From positions 11,870 to 75,869 of the IMG/VR virus record IMGVR_UViG_3300010883_025067: DNA of 64,000 nucleotides; one strand, given 5' to 3'. Below are positions 47,380-55,735 of the stretch, piece after piece. Both the position numbers and the translations under genes were made by a program. The first letter of the stretch is position 1; each line of letters starts with the position of its first letter. The stretch is from a virus. The notes beneath the pieces were generated by a model. The model had not been told where the DNA came from and made no database searches. It saw only the letters and a list, made by a program, of their open reading frames with translations.

Positions 47380-47566
47380 GTAACTCATGCAATTTGCTAA
47401 CAGTAACTGATGCAGTATTGGAAAATATACCAGGGTGAATAGCATGCAAGCAGCATGCGATTCCTGCAGCTACTAGACGAATAGATACATGTTGTGCGAA
47501 AATAAAGTGTTGGCGGTAATTCATGTCAACATCTTCAAGATGATCTCTAGCTGTTTTCAATACCAT
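47369..47566 (-). CDS. DUF6356-like small protein
   Basis: HLEDVDMNYRQHFIFA...LHAIHPGIFSNTAS. Confidence 0.7.
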   Translation of the reverse strand: MVLKTARDHLEDVDMNYRQHFIFAQHVSIRLVAAGIACCLHAIHPGIFSNTASVTVSKLHELLTH

Positions 47567-47610
47567 ACATTTATCCTACTTTGAAATAGTTATTTCGTAA
47601 GGCTTCGAAT

Positions 47611-48264
47611 ATGAAAATGAGAGAAAAATTGTTGTCACAGGTGAGACGCTTACTAAGTGAGATTGCAACACAGGCATTTCCCAGTGCGCTACCTGTTGAC
47701 ATCAAGGACATAACAAAAGTCATCCAGCAGCTCCGACAGGAGCAGATGTCCAAGGAATCGGAGATTAGTGCAGCACAGAAAGAACCTGATCCTAATGTCC
47801 GCTCAACCAGGGTGGCACAACTACAAGGAGAGCTAGGTGATATCATAGCTCAAAAGAGCCAGCTTGTTCAGATGCAGAAAAAATCCACTACGTCAGAGGC
47901 AATCAGTCAGATAAGTTCTAATCTTAAGATTTCAAGAGTAGACCTTATGGAGCTTGTTAGAGAGCAACTTGATGATGATCAAGCTAAGCCCGTCGCCCGT
48001 CAGCAACACAGGAATAGATCTAGAGAAAGAATGAAAATTACCAAGGCCCATCTCAGACAGATAATTAATGAGGAGATCAATCGTGTCCTTGATGATGATA
48101 TTGATGAAGATACACAGGGCCTCAGGGCAAAGCTTGGCGGAGATGATCCTCTGTCTGTGGCTGGAGGAGATACTGAAGATGATCCGCTTGTCGATGAAGA
48201 AGCACTTACACTACCCACTGGAGACCGCGGAGGTTGGGAATACATGACCGGCGGTGAACACTAG
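47611..48264 (+). CDS. Putative internal virion protein
   Basis: VRRLLSE, LMELVREQL, MKITKAHLRQIINEEI. Confidence 0.55.
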   Translation: MKMREKLLSQVRRLLSEIATQAFPSALPVDIKDITKVIQQLRQEQMSKESEISAAQKEPDPNVRSTRVAQLQGELGDIIAQKSQLVQMQKKSTTSEAISQISSNLKISRVDLMELVREQLDDDQAKPVARQQHRNRSRERMKITKAHLRQIINEEINRVLDDDIDEDTQGLRAKLGGDDPLSVAGGDTEDDPLVDEEALTLPTGDRGGWEYMTGGEH

Positions 48265-48267
48265 GTC

Positions 48268-48337
48268 TCATCTAGCACCCAGCTTTCATCTAGCACCCAG
48301 CTTTCATCTAGCACCCAGCTTTCATCTAGCACCCAGC
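48268..48337. repeat. Intergenic 18-bp tandem repeat, about 4 copies
   Basis: tcatctagcacccagctt x3 plus 16 bp, no spacers. Confidence 0.92.
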
Positions 48338-48392
48338 ACTTATCACTCGATGACTCAGACGCTTCTAGTCAGAAGAGAATAGTTATTAGTAG

Positions 48393-48866
48393 ATGAATAT
48401 CAAACCGCTAATAGATCTGCTGCTAAGTGATGGAGCTTCTGATGAGGATTCACACAAGAATACTTCTGATCAGAATCAAGCGATAGAGAATATAAAGGAA
48501 TCTTTGAGACACCGCAATGATGAGATGGATAGGAAGCTCGCTAAGATTGCACAGAATCAGGAAAGAATATACAGCTCACTTAACACTCGCGTCAAAAGTC
48601 TAGAGGACAATTTTTCAAAGCTGAGGGTATTTGTTGAGCAGAATACAGATGATTTACAGCATGAGTCATTAAGCACTATTGAAATTTTAGAAAGGCTGGA
48701 CTTGTTAGAATACAGCGGCCGTCGTTTTAAAATTCCTAAATGGGCTAGGGTTTCGTTTGAGAAAGTTTGTCATAGACTTCCTGAAATATACATGTTCTGC
48801 ATAGGGTGCACACTTTCAGGGGCCGTTGCCGCTGCCATTTTCTGGATAGTCAGTAACACAAATTAG
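48393..48866 (+). CDS. Coiled-coil protein with C-terminal TM anchor
   Basis: Heptad-rich centre; hydrophobic C-terminus. Confidence 0.6.
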   Translation: MNIKPLIDLLLSDGASDEDSHKNTSDQNQAIENIKESLRHRNDEMDRKLAKIAQNQERIYSSLNTRVKSLEDNFSKLRVFVEQNTDDLQHESLSTIEILERLDLLEYSGRRFKIPKWARVSFEKVCHRLPEIYMFCIGCTLSGAVAAAIFWIVSNTN

Positions 48867-48868
48867 TC

Positions 48869-48897
48869 GTGCAAATGTATGTCATCTTGTGTATAAT
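48869..48897 (+). promoter_or_regulatory. Class-1 promoter
   Basis: gtgcaa-N17-tataat. Confidence 0.78.
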
Positions 48898-48914
48898 GAA
48901 GATAGGAGGCAGCA

Positions 48915-49181
48915 TTGGCAGCAAGAATTCCTAAGAAGCTCAAGAAGCAGGCAAAACAAGGCATGCGACAAGCTGTCGATATTGGAAAAGCAAAGAAGCT
49001 CAAGAGAACCTGGTCGTTTTGTCTCGGTGATCTTGTTCAGTACAGAGATCTTTGGGGGCTAATCATTGCACAGCCTACTCCTGATAGCTACACTGTTCTG
49101 ACTACATCGGGCACATATCAGGTAAGGGCAGCTTCTTTGAGCAGGATTCAGCAGCTAGCACGTGCAAACACAGGTACTTAG
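48915..49181 (+). CDS. Small SH3/KOW-like protein with basic N-terminus
   Basis: FCLGDLVQY...WGLII; AGGAGG RBS. Confidence 0.6.
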   Translation: MAARIPKKLKKQAKQGMRQAVDIGKAKKLKRTWSFCLGDLVQYRDLWGLIIAQPTPDSYTVLTTSGTYQVRAASLSRIQQLARANTGT

Positions 49182-49190
49182 AGTTATAAT
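49162..49190 (+). promoter_or_regulatory. Class-1 promoter upstream of MoxR
   Basis: gtgcaa-N17-tataat. Confidence 0.78.
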
Positions 49191-49222
49191 AAACTGTAAA
49201 CATACAGCACAGGAAACAAATC

Positions 49223-50293
49223 GTGGACATCAATACTTTTACAGCAGTCGTACCGAAGTTGCCAGCAGGTCAGGCAATTCTTCTCCGTGGGCCTCACGGT
49301 ATCGGCAAGTCTCAACTCTTTCGTCAAATTTCTGAAAGTGTTGTTCTTGAGGATGGTTCCGTTGGAATTCCGCTTATCGACCGTCGGCTTGCTCAAATGA
49401 CTGAGGGAGATATTATTGGACTGCCTGAACTTGTGGATGGTGTGACTCGATTTGCTCCTGTTGAATGGTTGTTGAGAGCTTGTCGTGAGCCGGTTGCGTT
49501 GATGCTTGATGAGATCAATCGAGCAACACCTGAGGTGATGCAGTGTGCATTCCAGCTTGTCCTGGACCGAGAATTGAATGGACATGTTTTGCACCCTGAG
49601 ACTAGGATCTACTGTGCTGTGAATGCTTCTTCTGACTACCAGGTCAATGAGATGGATCCCGCACTTCTCGATCGATTCTGGGTCGTTGACCTTGACGTCA
49701 ATGAGAGGGACTGGATTGATTGGGCAAAGAGTAGTGACATTGATCCTGTTATCGTTGAGTTCATTCGAGATAATCCTTGTCACCTTCGTCACAAGGGTAC
49801 AATTGAGCCGGGCAAGGTGTACCCATCTCCTCGTTCTTATGATAGGCTTGATGTATCACTTAAGTCAGCCTCCTGGAACCCGGTTGATTTGGCTGGGCGT
49901 GACATTCCTGACGGATTCTACGCTATGTCACTGGGCTTTCTTGGAACAGAGGCAGCAATCACATTTCGTGACTATGTAAAGAATTACGACATGCAGATCT
50001 CTGCAGAGGATATCTTGGAACGATGGGATGAGAACACTGAGATGGTGTTGAAGATGGGTGTTGATAGACACAATGGCCTGATTGAAAAGCTTGTTGACAA
50101 TAGCCGTGATAATGAGTGGAGTGTTTCACAGACCAAGAACGCTTGTGACTTCATTCGAGAGTTGTCTGATGAACTTCTTGTTAGCTTCTTCAACTCTATC
50201 ATGGATACTAAAAACGTGCCAAACATCAGATCGGTTCACAAGTTTATTGGAATGGCTGTTGTTGAAGCAGTAACAGCTGCTCAAAAGGCGTGA
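49223..50293 (+). CDS. MoxR-family AAA+ ATPase
   Basis: GPHGIGKS, LMLDEINRA, AVN, MDPALLDRF, PSPRSY. Confidence 0.9.
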   Translation: MDINTFTAVVPKLPAGQAILLRGPHGIGKSQLFRQISESVVLEDGSVGIPLIDRRLAQMTEGDIIGLPELVDGVTRFAPVEWLLRACREPVALMLDEINRATPEVMQCAFQLVLDRELNGHVLHPETRIYCAVNASSDYQVNEMDPALLDRFWVVDLDVNERDWIDWAKSSDIDPVIVEFIRDNPCHLRHKGTIEPGKVYPSPRSYDRLDVSLKSASWNPVDLAGRDIPDGFYAMSLGFLGTEAAITFRDYVKNYDMQISAEDILERWDENTEMVLKMGVDRHNGLIEKLVDNSRDNEWSVSQTKNACDFIRELSDELLVSFFNSIMDTKNVPNIRSVHKFIGMAVVEAVTAAQKA

Positions 50294-50502
50294 ATAGATA
50301 CAGAGGAAGCAAGAGGTCACCTCAAAAGGGTGACCTCACAGTTATCATCCTAGAGGGAAATCGATACGATGGCAGACTTGGATTGATCATCATCCCAGGC
50401 CCAGGTGAAAAAGTAGATTTGATAGTATCTCCACCACACGGGAAAAGCCCTAGAAGCTTAGTGGTATCATCACAGCATTTGAAATACGTGCAATCAGCAT
50501 AG
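50290..50502 (+). CDS. Small KOW-like protein
   Basis: KGDLTVIILEGNRYDGRLG. Confidence 0.5.
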   Translation: MNRYRGSKRSPQKGDLTVIILEGNRYDGRLGLIIIPGPGEKVDLIVSPPHGKSPRSLVVSSQHLKYVQSA

Positions 50503-50516
50503 TAGTGTAGTAAAAT
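50488..50516 (+). promoter_or_regulatory. Class-1 promoter upstream of the vWA gene
   Basis: gtgcaa-N17-taaaat. Confidence 0.75.
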
Positions 50517-50538
50517 ATATCTATAAAGGTGGAATCAT

Positions 50539-51858
50539 ATGTCACAGGATAAGGGAACATCAGTTGATCTTCCAACTGGTCAGCTTTCTTCTAAAGAGGA
50601 GGCAGCTAGGTTTAATATTGAACCGCATCTCGTTAATCTAATGCTTCACGAACCGTTTTATAGCCACGTTCTCAGAAGGGTTGCAAAGGTTCGCAGCACA
50701 GCATTGCCAACAGCGGGTGTGACAGTTAGAGATGGTGAGTTCACAATGCTGTGGAATCCCCGCTTTCTTGCAGCGCTTGCTTCACTTCATGTCAGAGGAT
50801 TGCTCAAGCATGAGTGTCTTCATCTTGTTTTCAAGCATTGTACGGGTAGAAGGCAGGATCCTCATGTTCTTTGGAACTGGGCGACTGATCTTGCGATTAA
50901 TTCACTTATTCCAGAGAAAGAGTTGCCTGAAGGTGGCCTTTGTCCGGGACAGGCACTTGATCTGAGTAAGGTTGAGGATCCGAAGCAACTTGAAAAGTGG
51001 AAGAAGGTGTCTGAGCTTATTGAATCTTTTACTCTTGGATTGGCAGCAGAGAAGTACATGGCATTGCTTCGACAGGATCCTGATGTGAGTAAGACCATTG
51101 AGCAACAGGGTGACCCAACAGGTCAAGGTGGCGAAGGTGGTGAAGGTGGCTCTCCTGGTCCCACTGATGATCACACCGGCTGGGGAGAGCTCACTGATGA
51201 AGAAAAGCAGATCGCTGAAGGGAAGATTCGCCAGGCAGTGAGTGAGGCTGTGAAGAAATGTGATCGAACTGGTCAGTGGGGATCACTATCAGGAGAGGCT
51301 CGTGAGTCGTTGCGTGCCTTGTGCAATAACGCTGTTAACTGGAAAAAGGTGCTCCATAACTTCTGTGGTCGAAGCCAGCGCGCTAACCGCTCCAGAACAT
51401 TGAAGAAGATCAATCGTAAGTATCCGTATATTCACCCAGGAACCCGCAGGGGACACAGTGCTTCAGTGGTTGTCTATATTGATCAATCAGGATCCGTCGG
51501 TAGCGATGAGATCAACATGTTTTTCGGTGCTTTGAATCAGCTTGGACGAATCACATCGTTCAGTGTTTTCTTCTTTGATACCGATGTTGATAAGAAGAAT
51601 CAGATCAAGTGGCGACGCGGACAGAAGGTGGAAGCCAGTCGGACACGATCTGGTGGAACTTGTTTCTCAGCAGTTGAGAATCACTTGAAGAAGCACGGTT
51701 CAGAATTTGATGGTCACATCATTCTAACTGATGGTCAGGCTGGTGACCCTGGACCCTCTATTAAGCGTCGTTGCTGGGTCCTGCTGCCTGGCTGTGATCT
51801 GTACTTCAAGCCTCACCCGAATGATGTTGTTGTGAAGATGGATAGCTTGCTAAGGTAA
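50539..51858 (+). CDS. HExxH metallopeptidase-like plus vWA domain protein (DUF2201 type), MoxR partner
   Basis: PTAGV, HECLH, WNWATDLAIN, IDQSGSV, GGT.F, LTDG. Confidence 0.88.
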   Translation: MSQDKGTSVDLPTGQLSSKEEAARFNIEPHLVNLMLHEPFYSHVLRRVAKVRSTALPTAGVTVRDGEFTMLWNPRFLAALASLHVRGLLKHECLHLVFKHCTGRRQDPHVLWNWATDLAINSLIPEKELPEGGLCPGQALDLSKVEDPKQLEKWKKVSELIESFTLGLAAEKYMALLRQDPDVSKTIEQQGDPTGQGGEGGEGGSPGPTDDHTGWGELTDEEKQIAEGKIRQAVSEAVKKCDRTGQWGSLSGEARESLRALCNNAVNWKKVLHNFCGRSQRANRSRTLKKINRKYPYIHPGTRRGHSASVVVYIDQSGSVGSDEINMFFGALNQLGRITSFSVFFFDTDVDKKNQIKWRRGQKVEASRTRSGGTCFSAVENHLKKHGSEFDGHIILTDGQAGDPGPSIKRRCWVLLPGCDLYFKPHPNDVVVKMDSLLR

Positions 51859-51937
51859 GAAGCTGCTGGTATCTACGAGGGAGGGCTTTCCTCCCTTTTT
51901 TGTATTCTTTGTCATACTTAAGAGTGAGGTGGTGATA

Positions 51938-52036
51938 ATGAATCATTTAGCTGAAGCACTGGAAGAGTTGAGTGATGAGGAGATTCAAGAGTATGAGGAA
52001 GCTATCGAGCTTTGGATAACATACAGCGGAGACTGA
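51938..52036 (+). CDS. Very small acidic protein (not in ORF track)
   Basis: GAGGTG RBS, ATACTTA upstream, 32 aa. Confidence 0.4.
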   Translation: MNHLAEALEELSDEEIQEYEEAIELWITYSGD

Positions 52037-52045
52037 AAATCACTT

Positions 52046-52303
52046 ATGTTTATCACAGATAAGAAATTGAGAATGTTGATTAGAGAGTCTCTATTAGAGA
52101 GATATGATGAACATTGGATGTCTGGTTTGAGTGAATCAGAGATTCAGGAGATCATAAGAAAGCTGGGTCCAAAGAAGTATAGACTCTACTCTAAGAAGAA
52201 GAATCCTAAGACAGGAGAGAGAAGAAATCTCGGTACCTTCAAATCAAAGAAAGCAGCAAGAAAGCACGAGAAAGACATCGAGTTCTTTAAGCAGCAGGGA
52301 TAG
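52046..52303 (+). CDS. Small basic protein with leader, putative internal virion nucleic-acid-binding protein
   Basis: LRMLIRESLLE leader then KYRLYSKK...RNLGTFKSKKAARKHE. Confidence 0.6.
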   Translation: MFITDKKLRMLIRESLLERYDEHWMSGLSESEIQEIIRKLGPKKYRLYSKKKNPKTGERRNLGTFKSKKAARKHEKDIEFFKQQG

Positions 52304-52355
52304 TCGTGATCATTTTGAACAACGTGAAATAGTGCGTTAAGGTAGGAGAGCCAGG

Positions 52356-52577
52356 ATGAGAATTGGTGATCTGGTCTTCTATAAGGGATTTGTCCACGAC
52401 AACACTGACCCACCTTCGTTGGAATTCTTTGACCGTTTACGACTAGGACTTATTGTCTCTGTGAGTGGTAGTTCATTTCAGCTCTCCACCGGAAGGTGTT
52501 TATGGTGGACGTGTACTACAGCTGGTGAGATATTCAAAAATTGGGAAATGCTAATTGTTAGTAAGATTGACAGATAG
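52356..52577 (+). CDS. Small SH3/KOW-like protein
   Basis: MRIGDLVFY...LGLIV; AGGAG RBS. Confidence 0.55.
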   Translation: MRIGDLVFYKGFVHDNTDPPSLEFFDRLRLGLIVSVSGSSFQLSTGRCLWWTCTTAGEIFKNWEMLIVSKIDR

Positions 52578-52582
52578 ATAGT

Positions 52583-52873
52583 GTGCCAAGAAAAAAAGTA
52601 AAAGTAGGAGATCTCTATGAGGTTGATACCTTTGCCCGTGTCATAGTGCATGTTAAGATTACACAGGTGATATGTGACAAATCATATAAGTGTGTCTTAG
52701 TTAGGGAATCTGATTTAAAAGATCTACGCAATGCTAGCGTGCACATCGAGAAAGGTACTAAGCCCGAAGATGTAGAGGGATATCTTTATGAGTGGCAGAT
52801 TAAAAAAAGCCTAAGCCGAGGGGGAAAGAGACGAAGAGTGGTTCGAGGAAATAGAAAAAAAGAAGAGACGTAA
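52583..52873 (+). CDS. Hypothetical basic protein
   Basis: VKVGDLYEV. Confidence 0.55.
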   Translation: MPRKKVKVGDLYEVDTFARVIVHVKITQVICDKSYKCVLVRESDLKDLRNASVHIEKGTKPEDVEGYLYEWQIKKSLSRGGKRRRVVRGNRKKEET

Positions 52874-52921
52874 CATTTATTTTTCTAGACTTTAACTGTA
52901 ATTTCGATACCTGGAGTCTCA

Positions 52922-53605
52922 ATGTTAGGCAGATTATTTTTTACAGCAATTTTCGCATGCAGCAGCGGTTCAGACATCAACACTAAAACGGAAGATGAAG
53001 TTGAGTCACCTGAGCAATCGTATGATGAATTTATATCACCAGAAATAAATGTATCACCAGAACTGTTAGGCACAGATACATCGACTTCTTCTAGCACTGA
53101 TAGCGATGAAGAAGATGTATCACCCATCACGTGGACTGAATGTGATCAGTGGCCCAATAGTCATCCATGTGATTTCAAATTGTTTGACCCAAATGGTGAT
53201 GTCTGGACTCTATACGACAACTATGGCACAGTGATGGTAATCGAATTTGTGACAATGTGGTGTGCTGTCTGCAACAGCATTGCACCACATGTTCAGACAA
53301 TGCAGGATACCTATACTTCTCGTGGGTATGACTTCTTATGGGTAACTGTCATCATCGAGGATTACAATCGTGAGAGTGTAGAGTTTTCAGAAGCTCAGGC
53401 ATGGATTGATAGAAACGGAATGACAACATCACCTGTTCTGGTAGGCTCACGTGACATGATAGACATGAGTGGCCAACTAGGCTATCCTATCAGCTCCTGG
53501 CCTACACTTGTTGTGATAGATGATGAGATGGTCCTGACACATGGAATTAACGGCTGGAATGAAAGTATCATTCTAGAATGGGTTGAAGACGCGCTAGGTC
53601 TGTGA
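52922..53605 (+). CDS. Redoxin-family lipoprotein, paralog of 41391-41963
   Basis: IFAC lipobox; HPCDFKLFD; MWCAVC; SWPTLVVID. Confidence 0.85.
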   Translation: MLGRLFFTAIFACSSGSDINTKTEDEVESPEQSYDEFISPEINVSPELLGTDTSTSSSTDSDEEDVSPITWTECDQWPNSHPCDFKLFDPNGDVWTLYDNYGTVMVIEFVTMWCAVCNSIAPHVQTMQDTYTSRGYDFLWVTVIIEDYNRESVEFSEAQAWIDRNGMTTSPVLVGSRDMIDMSGQLGYPISSWPTLVVIDDEMVLTHGINGWNESIILEWVEDALGL

Positions 53606-54343
53606 TCACTTTTTACGGTGCTTTTCTTGAATGATTTTAATTGCTTCACTTACAATCTGCAATCTATACAGTTCAGGCTCTGTGATAGGATCATACATGT
53701 TTTCTAGATCTATTCCAAATTTTTGTGGATCCTGATACAAGTCATTGAGTGATTGCTCTTGTTTTGTGTCATGCTTTTTAGCTTTTTTGATAGCCTTGGC
53801 TTTTGCCATTCCTGAGGCAACCATCCTTGCAATCATAATATCAGCGAAATCTTTGTCGCCGTCTCCATCATGATCCTTTTTCTTTGTTCTCTTTTTACTC
53901 TTTTCTGCTAGGAGTGGTTTAAAGGCTTTCTCTAAAAGCTCTGCTCTGACTACATTGATTGATTCTTTTTTTGGGTTTTTATCGGCAGCATCCATCTGTC
54001 TCACGATTTTTCTCGCCCAGCTATAACCCGTGTCACCACCCCAGAGCATCCAGGCAATGTAACCTCTATCTGTTGCATGAGTCTTTCCCGGATCTATTTT
54101 TTTATTTTTTTTGTGACGATCAAAAAATGATTTCATTCTTCTGACAGTTTTCGGAGAGAGATTTGATCTACTCTTAAGGTTTGATGCGCGCTGCACACCA
54201 GATCCTATTCCTTGCTTCGATGCCTGCTTAGCACTCAGCCCTCCCTTGCCTTTGTTTTTTCTTCTAAGCTCGAGTCCTCGCTTAGCAGCTTTGGCAACAG
54301 AGGCTGGAGGCTTAAAGTCTATGTGATCGTATTTGCCAGCCAT
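53606..54343 (-). CDS. Basic phage head-associated domain protein with a DxDxDG loop
   Basis: PP..VAKAAKRGL...TVRRMKSFFDRH...GYIAWMLWGGD.G..WA; KDHDGDGDKD; start moved to ATG 54343 after minus-strand ATATTTA. Confidence 0.6.
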   Translation of the reverse strand: MAGKYDHIDFKPPASVAKAAKRGLELRRKNKGKGGLSAKQASKQGIGSGVQRASNLKSRSNLSPKTVRRMKSFFDRHKKNKKIDPGKTHATDRGYIAWMLWGGDTGYSWARKIVRQMDAADKNPKKESINVVRAELLEKAFKPLLAEKSKKRTKKKDHDGDGDKDFADIMIARMVASGMAKAKAIKKAKKHDTKQEQSLNDLYQDPQKFGIDLENMYDPITEPELYRLQIVSEAIKIIQEKHRKK

Positions 54344-54434
54344 TATACATGTAAATATTCTAAAGATGATATAAAATATTATAGGAGATTCAATAAAAGT
54401 ATTCTTCTTTGCAATGTGATTCATGGAGAAATAA

Positions 54435-54617
54435 GTGGACAAGCAGCAGTGTGAAAAGGTAGAGGAAATCAGGAAGAACCTCGAGGAGCTTAGAACAGTG
54501 AGCTGGTCTTCATATAAACTAATTGGCTATCCACTAACCAGAAATCTGGCGAATAAAATTGATCGTGCAGCTACTGACATCTCGTACCTTTTGAAGCTGA
54601 TTGATTCTGACATGTAA
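54435..54617 (+). CDS. Hypothetical protein
   Basis: GGAG RBS, class-1 promoter upstream. Confidence 0.5.
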   Translation: MDKQQCEKVEEIRKNLEELRTVSWSSYKLIGYPLTRNLANKIDRAATDISYLLKLIDSDM

Positions 54618-54640
54618 ATCATTAGATTTGTTGTTAAAAT
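54612..54640 (+). promoter_or_regulatory. Class-1 promoter
   Basis: atgtaa-N17-taaaat. Confidence 0.7.
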
Positions 54641-54646
54641 AGTTTC

Positions 54647-54904
54647 ATGCAAAAATGGAATGCCTGGGACAAAAGATGCATGTGTATCGCACTTTTAAAC
54701 CGCGAGCTTTTGAGCCAGGGCAGGACACTCACCGAGATAGAAGTTGAATACAACAAGGGGTGGTTTTGTCATGATAAAGCCATCGTGTATAGACGACCTG
54801 ATCTCACGAAACAAGCAGAGAAAATGCTTAGAAAGGGACACCGAGCAGTGTTTGATTTGACGCTTAAAAGCTATGCAATACATGCAAAAAACAAACGTTT
54901 GTAG
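54647..54904 (+). CDS. Hypothetical protein
   Basis: Directly after a class-1 promoter (possibly leaderless). Confidence 0.55.
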   Translation: MQKWNAWDKRCMCIALLNRELLSQGRTLTEIEVEYNKGWFCHDKAIVYRRPDLTKQAEKMLRKGHRAVFDLTLKSYAIHAKNKRL

Positions 54905-54910
54905 TACAAT
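54882..54910 (+). promoter_or_regulatory. Class-1 promoter upstream of RadA-like gene and ligase
   Basis: atgcaa-N17-tacaat. Confidence 0.72.
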
Positions 54911-54954
54911 AAGCAGGTAAATAACAACAACAACCCGCACGCAATGGATACAAA

Positions 54955-55704
54955 ATGCGACTTAATACAAACATTGGCACTGTGCCTCTTGGAACAAACA
55001 TTCTTGATGTCGAGGTACCTGAAGCTCTTCGTAAGCGGCTTCCTTCTGGTCTTGAATTCTTTGACGATGCTATGGGTGGTAAGGGCTTCACTCCTTCTGC
55101 AGTGACATTGTTTACTGGTACTCCTGGTGCTGGAAAGACAACCTTGATGCTAGAGCTTGCAAACTCTCTCACTTTTCGCGGTGCAAACGTTCTGTTTAAT
55201 ACTGCTGAGGAATCGCTTTATCAGCTCAAGATGACTGTTGAAAGATTGCGGCTTCGGTCTGGATTTAACGCAGGACAGGAAACGATGGTTCCTGCTTTGC
55301 TCAAGAATTGTGATGAGTTGCGTGCGAGGTATCCAAACAAGCCATTTTTCCTTATTGTGGACAGTCTCCAGTGTCTCAATGACGGCAAGTATGGTGATCA
55401 TCAGACCAACTCAAAGACTGCACAACGGTCGATGGCTCTGATCACCGATTACTGTAAGGAGCACTTCTGTAACGCAGTTATCATCGGTCAGGTCACAAAG
55501 GATGGAAAGATGGCTGGTGCGAATGTTTTGAAGCATATGGTTGATTCATTGGTGACACTCGATATTGAACGTCGTGATGAGGATCTCATGGGCTGCCGAG
55601 TTCTCCAGGTTGAGAAGAATCGATTCGGCGGCGCCGGCCACATCTTCTTTCTGGCACTTCGAGAGAGTGGTTTTATGGAGATCAGCCGAGTTAGCTTGTC
55701 TTAG
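54955..55704 (+). CDS. RadA/Sms-like RecA-fold ATPase (ATPase domain only)
   Basis: GTPGAGKTT, TAEES, IVDSLQ, GQVTKDGKMAG..LKHMVD, KNRFG. Confidence 0.88.
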   Translation: MRLNTNIGTVPLGTNILDVEVPEALRKRLPSGLEFFDDAMGGKGFTPSAVTLFTGTPGAGKTTLMLELANSLTFRGANVLFNTAEESLYQLKMTVERLRLRSGFNAGQETMVPALLKNCDELRARYPNKPFFLIVDSLQCLNDGKYGDHQTNSKTAQRSMALITDYCKEHFCNAVIIGQVTKDGKMAGANVLKHMVDSLVTLDIERRDEDLMGCRVLQVEKNRFGGAGHIFFLALRESGFMEISRVSLS

Positions 55705-55735
55705 GGGGCATTGCCCCCTCCTCTGGGAGGACGTT

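Noticed and set aside
48268-48337. Possible CRISPR array
   Set aside because: Repeats are directly adjacent with no spacers, only 18 bp long, and no cas genes are visible
51877-51902. Terminator after the vWA gene (ggagg-gcttt-cctcc plus T run)
   Set aside because: The stem is only about 5 bp; plausible but too weak to list as a feature
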